64,000 bases of DNA from Planctomycetota bacterium (GTDB lineage Bacteria > Planctomycetota > PLA2 > JAEUHO01). The notes beneath the pieces are model-generated. The model ran no database searches. It was not told the origin of the DNA and was given only the letters and a program-made list of their open reading frames with translations. Position 1 is the first letter of the stretch; each line of letters begins with the position of its first letter. The stretch is from assembly GCA_965222115.1 (NCBI GenBank), contig CBDCTJ010000007.1, positions 544,001 to 608,000 on the forward strand, in the 5' to 3' direction. Made by a program: the position numbers and the translations under genes. Of the stretch, positions 39,031-48,200 are shown piece by piece.

Positions 39031-40771
39031 GATGGAAACGACGTGGGCGACGCGGTTGTACATGTGCTTGATTCTGAGCCGGTACTACATCCGTATGGGG
39101 CGGGCGCGGGAGGCGGTGCGGACGTTGGCGCAGTGCGTGCAGGCGTATCGGGGGTTGGAGAAGTTTCGGCGAAGCGTGGATGTGGCAACGAAGCCGGAAC
39201 CGATTGAAGCCTTTGAACGCTATTGCAATCAAGCGCTGTCGATGATGAATCCGCCGCGAGCGCCGGGCCGAGATGCTGTGATTGCGGTGGCGCGCGTGGC
39301 GCGGGCCATGCCTCCGTATCGGCGTCCGCGACGACCCATGCGCACGTTGCGCGCGATTGAGTCGCTACTCGCCGCCGGCGATCACTTGGACGATAAGGAG
39401 CGATCTTTACGGGTGGCCGACGAGTTGGCCGCCGTGGCCGATGCCTACGTGCTCTATCACGAACGTCACGGCAAGGTGCTGCGCGAAGTGCCGCAGGTCG
39501 AACACACCTTGGCAACCACCACGCTGCGGGGCCTCAGCAAACTTCCCCATATGTCGGTGCGCTCCATTCGTCCGCGCGCCGAGTTTTGGCGACCACACCA
39601 ACGCCGCCCGCGCGCCGTACTCATCGTGCGCATGGAAAACGAATTCCTTGCACTGGCCAAACGCGTACGCTTTCGAACCAACGAAACCCGCGCGGTCGCC
39701 GCGATGGCTCGAATGGTTCAGTCGCAGGGCCGTTCGCAGGGAGTGGGTAGCGCGACGCCGCGCAGCACGCACACGCGGCGCGAATCCACAAACGCGTTTG
39801 GTATGATCGGCGAGGCCACAGCATGGCAAAATGTAATGCGCTTGGTAGGTCGGTTGGCGACCACCGACACATCGGTCGTTATTCAAGGAGAAACGGGCAC
39901 GGGGAAAGAACTGGTGGCGCGTGCGTTGCACCTCGGTTCCGGTCGCGCACAGGGTCCCTTTGTGGCCGTGGATTGTGGCGCGCTCGCCGGCGATATGATG
40001 CGCGCAGAACTCTTTGGACACGTACGCGGCGCGTTTACCGGCGCCCATACGTCCCGCAAGGGGCTGATTCGCTCCGCGCACCGCGGCACCCTGTTTCTCG
40101 ACGAAATCGGCAATATGCCGCCCGATATGCAACAGACGCTACTGCGCGTGCTGCAGGAGCGCAGTGTTCGCCCCGTGGGTGGCGCCAAACGATTCGATGT
40201 GGACATTCGTTTGGTATGCGCGACACACGTCGAGCTATACAACGCAGTTGAGGCGGGTGTGTTTCGCGAAGACCTGTATCACCGCATCTGCGTTGTCGAG
40301 ATCGACGTGCCGCCGCTCCGCGCACGCAAGGAGGACATCCCGCGCTTTGTCGAGCATTTCTTAGCGGGCGTCGGTTGTGCGCCTCACGTACCCAGTACAT
40401 GCCTGTCATTGCTCTGTGGTTACGAGTGGCCCGGTAACGTTCGTGAACTAAAGAACGTGGTGTGCGCGGCAGGTATGCTCAGCCCCGGCAAGGAACTCGA
40501 TTACGAAACACTCAAATCGGTGATGGCCACGCGATTGGATCGAGATGTTTCCATCCGCGCGGTACGTGCCGATTTAACGCGGCGCGAACGAGACTTGATT
40601 GCGTTGCTGAAACGACGGTGGATGTCGTCCGCCGAGCTCGCTCAGCGACTGGGGGTCTCCCCGCGCACCATGAATCGCGACCTACAACACCTCGCGGAAC
40701 GCGGTTGGATCGAGCACATCGGCAATACACACATGCGGCGTTACCGAGCCACCAGGCGCACGACGGAGTAG
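37568..40771 (+). CDS. Sigma54-dependent enhancer-binding protein with large divergent N-terminus and DeoR/HTH_11-type C-terminal HTH; start uncertain
   Basis: GETGTGKE, ELFGHVRGAFTGA, LFLDEIG, FREDLYHRI, WPGNVREL; SAELAQRLGVSPRTMNRDL. Confidence 0.88.
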   Translation: MTSRAFRKPMLVLAAAPGCSRNRCLKGRGSVRVGQRSWIRMNGNELVERGPALIRSIVHRISCVACQSPLPRVVVVRFDPGSPLHMLLTGCLMSITDPTPKSIDVVRETISREPTQHAREPGTTARWMYENCLRGEYWERLLNIIERRSTRATARLVLSRAVRTPTRDTAHIEEAIFRSVTILLGAGETSTRAAQYMASLARCSRLIRKPNLREYAWLLRNLPKDIIPVARNLASRALSNYQIRHNTPGHPKALPSVKRMCVRRQAFTRSSNVGGVYATILRGFYCVSQDPQVIYSKIDYQTGAALRGSPYEMLIRSCVARIVYSIFARGLASTHHLRLAAALVAHHYQETHIHPNLAQDLLAPNISKRAAFGPVHRKAKVLAVALDSNRMSRLKRESNGRETLEVSHLYSMGITGSASGPITVLNTPTALLRTLSGLWNTRSRGITPQRLEKYRRLPEHAATYSTLILLQANARAATAAHAMHSLLKMETTWATRLYMCLILSRYYIRMGRAREAVRTLAQCVQAYRGLEKFRRSVDVATKPEPIEAFERYCNQALSMMNPPRAPGRDAVIAVARVARAMPPYRRPRRPMRTLRAIESLLAAGDHLDDKERSLRVADELAAVADAYVLYHERHGKVLREVPQVEHTLATTTLRGLSKLPHMSVRSIRPRAEFWRPHQRRPRAVLIVRMENEFLALAKRVRFRTNETRAVAAMARMVQSQGRSQGVGSATPRSTHTRRESTNAFGMIGEATAWQNVMRLVGRLATTDTSVVIQGETGTGKELVARALHLGSGRAQGPFVAVDCGALAGDMMRAELFGHVRGAFTGAHTSRKGLIRSAHRGTLFLDEIGNMPPDMQQTLLRVLQERSVRPVGGAKRFDVDIRLVCATHVELYNAVEAGVFREDLYHRICVVEIDVPPLRARKEDIPRFVEHFLAGVGCAPHVPSTCLSLLCGYEWPGNVRELKNVVCAAGMLSPGKELDYETLKSVMATRLDRDVSIRAVRADLTRRERDLIALLKRRWMSSAELAQRLGVSPRTMNRDLQHLAERGWIEHIGNTHMRRYRATRRTTE

Positions 40772-40851
40772 CGCACGGAGAGCCTTCTTCCTTTGGCGAT
40801 CGATGGCGTAAAGCGGCGGCAAGGGGAATCACTTTTCCCAATCGGACAGGG

Positions 40852-40882
40852 CTTTCCACAATGTGGATAACCCTGTGGAATC
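40852..40882. promoter_or_regulatory. DnaA-box cluster
   Basis: CTTTCCACA (40852-60), perfect TGTGGATAA (40862-70), TGTGGAATC (40874-82). Confidence 0.6.
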
Positions 40883-40933
40883 GCAACCCCTTATTTCGCA
40901 GGGGCTTACCGGATTGTTTCAACACTTCACGTG

Positions 40934-40949
40934 TTGGCACATCGTGTGC
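40934..40949 (+). promoter_or_regulatory. Possible sigma54 (-24/-12) promoter
   Basis: TTGGCACATCGTGTGC fits GG-N10-GC. Confidence 0.35.
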
Positions 40950-41159
40950 GCTGTTCGAACAGCATGAACACACGCCTCCGCGTACCCCTGCGCGTCGTCG
41001 CACTCCAGACACTCGCCATTCTCACCTTTGATGCCTTCGGGTGGGTTGATCGAATCGGCATGTTCTCGACCCCCTTTATCCCCCCAGCCGCTTCGCAATC
41101 CACCCTTCTCCTTAATAAGCACGTTGATGAGCACGCCTTGCCCGTTGCAAGCGAGCGCA

Positions 41160-42167
41160 CTACGAACCCTTTCCCTCCGGCAGGTCGGGGGGTGGGAGGA
41201 AACGATCCTGGGCGTGGCGCGCCGCCTCTTGCTCCGCCTCTTCCCATACAAGCTCCTCGTAGGCGCGCCTCCGTCGAACACGAAGTACGAAAAACCAAAT
41301 GGCCGAGAGGATCGCGAGCAACAGAAAGATCGTTTGCGTCAGGTCCTTGAAGAACAAATGAAACCAAGGGCGCGCCGTCTCTTTGGCATGCTGCTGCCAA
41401 CGCGATTCCCAATCACCCAATCGTTGGCCCGTAACACGGTGAATGGCGCGATCCAACCGTTCGGTGGCCCCGCCTGCGTCGCTATCACGGGACACATGGC
41501 GCAGCACATCGGCAACCTTGTGCCAACCCATGTCGGACGCCATGTATTCAACAAAACTCTTGCCCTGGGCATAAGCGAGCGCCGCGCTGGGTTCATCGCG
41601 TGGCCACGTCAATGCAATCTCCTCGAAGGGAATCAGATTGCTGGCCGCCGCACTGAGTTCCAAACGTGCGCCGCCATCCGCGGACAAGCCTCCGCCGATG
41701 GACTCACACAGCCCCTCTTCAAACCACCGGGGTAGTGCGCCGGATGCGCGCGGCCCCAGCACCCGCGCGGCCATACGATGCCAGGCTAAATGCACCCATT
41801 CATGGCGCAGTAGCGTGTGCAGTGTGCGAAACGGTGCCCCGTCATGGGCACGATCGCTGCGAATTACGACAAGCGAACGCGAGCCCACACAAACGCCACC
41901 CGCCCAAGCCGGAACCCCGGCTCCCACCACGGCTTGCATGCGGTCATGGCTGCCCACGACGTATACATGGGCCGGCCCACCCGCGAACGGCGACATCAGA
42001 CGTCGCTCCACATCGCGCTGGATCGTCGCGAGTGCTGCGACCACACGACGCCCGTCGGCTTTGCAATCGGCGTCGATGTAAACAAAATGGCCCTGGTCGG
42101 TGATGACGGGGCGACTGTGCGCACTGCCGCTCGTCGTCCCTAAGAATACACCCAAGAACACGCCCAT
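41160..42167 (-). CDS. Peptidase MA-like zinc metallopeptidase with C-terminal TM
   Basis: PAWAGG, LRHEWVH, PRWFEEGL and LAYAQG motifs; signal peptide and C-terminal TM. Confidence 0.85.
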   Translation of the reverse strand: MGVFLGVFLGTTSGSAHSRPVITDQGHFVYIDADCKADGRRVVAALATIQRDVERRLMSPFAGGPAHVYVVGSHDRMQAVVGAGVPAWAGGVCVGSRSLVVIRSDRAHDGAPFRTLHTLLRHEWVHLAWHRMAARVLGPRASGALPRWFEEGLCESIGGGLSADGGARLELSAAASNLIPFEEIALTWPRDEPSAALAYAQGKSFVEYMASDMGWHKVADVLRHVSRDSDAGGATERLDRAIHRVTGQRLGDWESRWQQHAKETARPWFHLFFKDLTQTIFLLLAILSAIWFFVLRVRRRRAYEELVWEEAEQEAARHAQDRFLPPPDLPEGKGS

Positions 42168-42205
42168 CGCTATGACACGGGCGGCCCAACGAAGGCACTC
42201 GTTCG

Positions 42206-42643
42206 CTATTTGGCGAATGGAACCGTTACCACCGGGCACGTCGCTTTTCGAAGTACGCGTTCGGCCACGCTACCGAGTAACAAATGATCCAGTCGGCCGC
42301 GCCCATGCGTACCCATCACAATCGCGCCGGGTTGAATCTCGGTCAGTGCTTCCAAAATGCACGTAGCGGGACGACCCTCCCGCACGTCGACGCGCAATGC
42401 GGCACCTGAAAAGTCCTTCTTGTGTGCGCGCAACTTTTCTTCTGCCTGGCGCCTGTACTTTTCGATGTCCTTTCGATTGGGGTAGATGCCAAACGTCCCT
42501 TCGGTAACCGGCGACACCCATTCCACAACATGCAGCAAACACACGCTGCCCTCTGGGGCCAACACACGCTGTGCAACCGAAACCACAGCACCCGCAAGTT
42601 CCGAAAAGTCGAGGGGCACAAGGATGGACGAAAACCCCGTCAT
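42206..42643 (-). CDS. uspA: Universal stress protein
   Basis: ILVPLDFS, IVMGTHGR..LLGSVAERVLRKATCPV. Confidence 0.93.
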   Translation of the reverse strand: MTGFSSILVPLDFSELAGAVVSVAQRVLAPEGSVCLLHVVEWVSPVTEGTFGIYPNRKDIEKYRRQAEEKLRAHKKDFSGAALRVDVREGRPATCILEALTEIQPGAIVMGTHGRGRLDHLLLGSVAERVLRKATCPVVTVPFAK

Positions 42644-44484
42644 GACGAACGCCTCGAGCCCGCCTTGGAGGGGCGCGGCGTCACGACGGAATCGCCTTGC
42701 ATAACACGCCGTCCGTTTAGAAACGCCGCCACGTTCATGGTGCGACCGCCAGCGGCCTTCAACCGTTCAATACGGATCACGCCCGGCGCGCACGCGACAT
42801 CGATCCCCTGCTTCGAAACGCCAACAACGGTTCCAGGGGCCACGGCATCGCCTAGCGTATCGGATTCGGTGTTCAAAACGGTCGCCTTTACGATCACAAT
42901 CGGCAGGGGTTCGTGTCGCACGCGCGGTTGCCATGCCGATTGCGCACCCGGCCACGCTGTGACGGAACGAATGTGATTCAACACGTCCGTTGCCGGTTGG
43001 TTCCAGTGAACGATACCGTCGCGCTTCTCTAGCTTGGACGCATACGTCGCTTGCGCGTGATCTTGGGGCGTGGGAATCAGTTCGCCGCGCATATAGGGCG
43101 GCACCACATCCACCAATAGGGTGGCACCCACAACGGCGAGACGCTCGCGAACCTCATCCCGCGTTTCATTGCCCTGCAACCGAATACCGCGTATGCCAAG
43201 TACCGGACCGTGGTCCATCTTCTTGTCCATCTGAAAGACGGTCACACCCACGTCAACATCGCCCGCCCGAAGCGCCCCCGCGACGGGACTCGCCCCGCGA
43301 TGCTTCGGAAGCAAACTCGCATGCACATTGATGCACCCGTGCGTGGGCGCCGCCAAAACCGCAGGCAGAAGTTTCTGCCCAAACCCCACCGTGATGATCA
43401 AATCGGCGCGGGCGACTTCGAGTTCGCGCATCGATACACGACCATTGATGTCTGCAGTGCGATGCAGCGGCACCTGCAATTGTTCCGCGGCCACCGCCAG
43501 CGGCACCTGCTGCATGCGCCGACCGCGCCCCGATCGGCGTGGTGGTGGCGTAACGACCAATCGCGGTGTGAGCCCCGCGCCACACAACGCCTGCAAACTG
43601 GGCACCGCAAACGCCGGAGAACCCATCATCACAATGCGAGGGCCGCCATCGGTTTCATCGACCACGGGACGATCAAGGGCCTCAGCAACAGCACGCGCAC
43701 CGTGGGGCGTCGGTCCAGTAGCGGATTCGTTGCCGTCCGCGGTTGCACTCGCTTCTGTGCCGTCGTCAACAGGGGCTAACTCAATGTGGATATCGCCCAG
43801 GCCATCCTGCGTCGCACGAATCCGTCGCAGCTTCATGAGCTCAAGCAGCGCGAGAAACGCGCCAATCACGTACGAGCGATCACGCTCGGCATACAGCAGA
43901 TCGCGGAACCGAATGCGCCCTTGCAACTCGGTGAGCCGGTCAAAGATCTGCCCCACAAAATGCGTAATGGGCAGGCGCTCTTTCGCCATCGCCACGTGCG
44001 CGTCGTCGCCGGTTTCGGCAAGCAAACGTTGAAAGGCGGCCACCAGCCCAAAGAGATCCAATTCGAGTTCGTCGTCGGGTAGCGGAGGCGGTGCGCCCTT
44101 CGCGGGTGTAACGCGTACCGGGTTGCGCCGATGTTGCTCATGGCGCCGTGCATCCAATTCCACCGAAATGGATTTGAAATCGCGGTACTCAAGCAGTTGG
44201 CGGACCAAATCCAGGCGCGGATCAATGTCCTCCAACTCAAGCGTTTCATCGCGCGGCAACAATGCGCGCGACTTGAGCACCATCAGTTGCGAGGCCATCA
44301 CCAAAAACTCGCCCGCCCGGTCCACATCGAGTTGATGCACCTCGCGTTTGCATGCGTCGAGAAATCGATCTGCAATCCGTGCAATGGGGACCTCAAAAAC
44401 GTCTACCTCTTCTTGCTGCACCAAATACAGCAAGAGGTCGAGCGGTCCCTGGAATGCGGCGAGATCGACCCGCAACTCGTCCAT
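42640..44484 (-). CDS. fmt: Fusion of segregation/condensation protein ScpA and methionyl-tRNA formyltransferase
   Basis: N-terminus FQGPLDLLL..EFLVMASQL..KSRALLP..FLALLELMK (ScpA); C-terminus MMGSPAFA, INVHASLLPKHRGASP, MDHGP, AWPGA (Fmt). Confidence 0.9.
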   Translation of the reverse strand: MDELRVDLAAFQGPLDLLLYLVQQEEVDVFEVPIARIADRFLDACKREVHQLDVDRAGEFLVMASQLMVLKSRALLPRDETLELEDIDPRLDLVRQLLEYRDFKSISVELDARRHEQHRRNPVRVTPAKGAPPPLPDDELELDLFGLVAAFQRLLAETGDDAHVAMAKERLPITHFVGQIFDRLTELQGRIRFRDLLYAERDRSYVIGAFLALLELMKLRRIRATQDGLGDIHIELAPVDDGTEASATADGNESATGPTPHGARAVAEALDRPVVDETDGGPRIVMMGSPAFAVPSLQALCGAGLTPRLVVTPPPRRSGRGRRMQQVPLAVAAEQLQVPLHRTADINGRVSMRELEVARADLIITVGFGQKLLPAVLAAPTHGCINVHASLLPKHRGASPVAGALRAGDVDVGVTVFQMDKKMDHGPVLGIRGIRLQGNETRDEVRERLAVVGATLLVDVVPPYMRGELIPTPQDHAQATYASKLEKRDGIVHWNQPATDVLNHIRSVTAWPGAQSAWQPRVRHEPLPIVIVKATVLNTESDTLGDAVAPGTVVGVSKQGIDVACAPGVIRIERLKAAGGRTMNVAAFLNGRRVMQGDSVVTPRPSKAGSRRSS

Positions 44485-44711
44485 TGTGGGGCTCCTTCGG
44501 ACGACGGACGCCGTCATCCGGTATGCCCCGCACCTTACTCGGGGCTTTCACTGAACCCGGATCATTCATGAACGGGGTTGCATCGCCCGATTCACACCGG
44601 GTTCGTGCCATGGCGGGCTAGAATCTCGGGTGAACTGGGCGCACCGAACGCGCCACGTGGATACGTCCCATGATGCAGGCCGAACCCGAGTCCAGCGCGA
44701 ATCCGACATCC

Positions 44712-45257
44712 ATGCCTTCGATCCGACTCTTCGTCATGGATGTTGACGGCACATTGACCGACGGGCGCATCCGAATCGGCAACGACGGCTGCGATGAGAA
44801 GGTGTTCCACGCCCACGACGGCGCGGGGATTGCGCTTCTACGCTGCATAGGTATCGAGCCCGCCATTGCAAGCGGGCGTACCAGCAAAGCAGCGACTCGG
44901 CGCGCGCGCGAACTCGGTATCGAACGCGTGGCCCAGGGCGTACGTGACAAGGCGGGCCTCCTTTCACGCTGGTGCGAAGACCTCAAGATCACCACCCGAC
45001 AGGCCGCGTTCATGGGCGATGATCTGGGTGACGCCGCGGCCATGCTACGCGCGGGCTATGGCGCAGCGCCCGCGGGCGCCGTGATGCAAGCCAAGCAGGC
45101 CGCTACGTTCGTGTGCTCCCGAAACGGCGGCGACGGTGCGGTGCGAGAGGCCATCGAGGACCTCATTACACGATTGAATGGTTGGCCCGACGTCTTGCAA
45201 CATTACGGACTCCCCGCAACGCACGTCACGCCATCCCATGAGGCGGTACAAGCATGA
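44712..45257 (+). CDS. kdsC: 3-deoxy-D-manno-octulosonate 8-phosphate phosphatase
   Basis: MDVDGTLTDG, HDGAGI, FMGDDLGD and GGDGAVRE motifs. Confidence 0.92.
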   Translation: MPSIRLFVMDVDGTLTDGRIRIGNDGCDEKVFHAHDGAGIALLRCIGIEPAIASGRTSKAATRRARELGIERVAQGVRDKAGLLSRWCEDLKITTRQAAFMGDDLGDAAAMLRAGYGAAPAGAVMQAKQAATFVCSRNGGDGAVREAIEDLITRLNGWPDVLQHYGLPATHVTPSHEAVQA

Positions 45258-48200
45258 AACGCGTACTCGTCTTTTTGTGCTTGGCCGCGGTGGGAAGCGC
45301 CATCCTGATTCACCGTGCGGGCGGTCTACAACACGACACGCCCATGGAGGATGACGACCCGCGCATTCGAACGCGCTCCGGCGAAGTGCCCGACACGCCC
45401 ATGTCGCTTTCCGATATCGACGGCCCACCGGTCAACTTTGGCCTCACGCGCGGCAGCGTGGTGCTCGCTCCCTCAGAGCGTGTGGCGTGGGTGGATCCGA
45501 TGACCGGCGAGCAAGTCGTGCTCCCCAACTTTTTCAAATGGCGCTTTTCCGCCGATCACGTCGATCAGAGCTCGGTTCGTCCCGTCAACGTCGAACATCA
45601 ATCGGTGGAATGCAGAAATGTCGTGGTGGACCTCTATCGGTTGCCGCGCACGCTGGACGAGGCCAAAGCGTGGCAAGAGCACGGCGACCTCAACGCCCTA
45701 CTCGACAAGCAGATCGTCGCTGCGCGCGCCCACGCGCAAGGGTCCATGGCCACGCAACTGCGCTCGTCGATGCCCAAGTCTGAACGACCGGTACGCGGCG
45801 TGAGTCAGAACACCTCGATTCGGCTCTACGAGAGCGTAGTCATTCATGATCGAACCGAAGGCTTTCAGGTCCAAGGCAAGGAGGTCACGGTGTGGCCAGC
45901 GCAACACCGCCTAACCGGTCGCGGCCGGTTCGTGGTCACGCACCAGTCCTTGCTGCTAACCGGCGACGGCCTTCAGATGGACCGCGACAAGGAGGGGTGG
46001 TGGCGCCTGGAGGTTCGTAAGAACCCGGAGTTCCGCGTCAAAAAGACGTCAGGTGAGTCCAACGCAAAGCTCTTTGGCGGGTTGAGTACCGATTCGCTCG
46101 AACCCAGTCGAGTGCGCTCCGAAGGACCGGTCGTTATTGTTCGCAAAGACGGTCGCCGTGAATCTCGGCTCAAGATCACCTTTCCCGATGTCGTGCACGT
46201 GGAACACGCTGACGGGAAATCACTGCGTGCGGGCGCGCTCAACCTGGTTGCGGTTCGTCCCGCGGACGCTACGGAATCTGCCGAGTGGAACTTGCGCGAT
46301 TTGAAGGCCAGCAAGGGCGTTGACGTCGAGTACCCCGATACCACGCCTAAAGGTGCGCCGTTGTTGGCGTCGGTCAAGGCCGAGTCACTCATTCACCAGA
46401 TTCCTCGCGACGGCTCGCCGAGCCGTACAGAACTTGTGGGCCGGCCATCGTTGGTGATTCGTGGGCAACTGCCGCTGGGCTTTGTGCGCAGCGAACACGA
46501 CCGATTGCACGTCTCGTGTCATGGGCGTGCGTGGATTGACGCCGTGCGTACGGCGCCCGAAGGCGTAGATCTCCCCCTCCAACGCCTGCGAATCATTTCG
46601 CTTCGAGGCGGTGCGCGCCTGGAACGGCATAGCAAATCCGAACGCGCCGGCGTCGCAAAAGCCCTCTTTGCAGAGGACACGATCGATGCCGACGAAATGG
46701 ACCTGTTGGTATTTATCCCAAAGAAACAAGAACGCACGACGTCAACCAACGCCTCGCCCATTCGCGACGTGACCGCCGTGGAGTTTATCGCGCGCGGCAA
46801 TGTTCGGCTCAGCGGAACCCGCGTTGAAGGCGCAACCGATCGCATTGTTGCTAAGCAACTCCATACGCACGCGCCCCATGTGTACGCCCAGGGCAACGGC
46901 GCACATTACTCCTTTCCCGATATTCCCCCCACGCAACGCTTCGCCAAAGGCACGAAGCGCGACGCGCACGCCTCGCCCCCCGCTGATACGCGCGTGGAGC
47001 AAGCCCCAAGGCGTTTGACGTGGTTGTTTCATACGGTGTTGGCCGAGGGCGCCGTCGAAATTCGAACCGAGGGTGCGGGTCCTGCCATTGGGCTTCAAAC
47101 CCATACCCATGCGGGCCGGATCTACCACGATCACTCGCGCGGCGTGACGTCGATTGAAGGCACCTCGGCGCGCCCGGCGGACATCCGCGTGGACTCCACC
47201 ACAGGACGCGAACACCGCCTGCAGGCCCGCCGCATCGTCATGGATCAAGTGGCCGGAACGTGGGTCGCCGACGGAGGCGTTGAAGGTGACCTCTACATGG
47301 CCGAGGGTCGGCCCGGAACGCCCATTCAACCGCGCACGAATGTGGACGACGCACCGCTCACGCTGACCATTCATACAGATGAGCGCATTGACTTGTATCT
47401 CGCGCGCAAGACCGAAACGTGGACACCCGACATGGATGCGCGTCAACGGGTTGTCATCGCCGGCCCGCTGCGCGCAGAACTCACTGGACGCAACCGCGTC
47501 GTGGATCAACTGCGAGCCGATCGCGTGGAACTCACGTTGCGCCCATCCCTTGGTGGGCGTTCAAGAAACGGAGCGCGTTCGCGAAACGCAGGTGCCCGTC
47601 GCCCCGGACGCGGTGTCGCGCGTGCGCGCTCGTCTACGGGCGAGTCTGAGCCTGCGTCCACGTCGTCATCGCGAAACATCACACGCCGAAGTGCTACCAC
47701 AAAGGCGCCCACGCACATTCGCGTAAAGGCGAGGCGATTGACTGCGTATGGCGATGGCGCCGAGATTCGTTCGCTGGAGGCCGAAGAGGCGGTATCGCTG
47801 CGCGGCGACATGGGTCACCTCACAGGACACGCACTGGATGTTGATTTGGTGGGTCGCACCGCACGTCTAACCGGCAAGCCGGCGTCCGTAAGCCCCGCGC
47901 GCGCCTACCTGGGCAAGCGCCAAGAACCCGCCGACATCGCCGCCAAGTCCTTTGCGCTTACATGGTCTCGCGATACACAAAAGCCGACCGGCCTGCGTGC
48001 CACGTCCTATACGACCGGCCCTTCGCGGATACGGTTCTCGCGGCCCGTGAAGAAGGGCGGCGGTCGGGAACGCATTACGATTTTCTATTCTGGCACGATT
48101 GACGCGACCAATACCCACATGCGTTTTGGCAAGGTCAAAGTCATTCGCGAACTCTTGACGGCCACAGGTAGGCGACGCGGTCGTCGTGCGGAGCTGCGTG

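Noticed and set aside
41028-41735. 235-aa plus-strand ORF
   Set aside because: Antisense shadow of the peptidase MA gene with no recognisable motifs.
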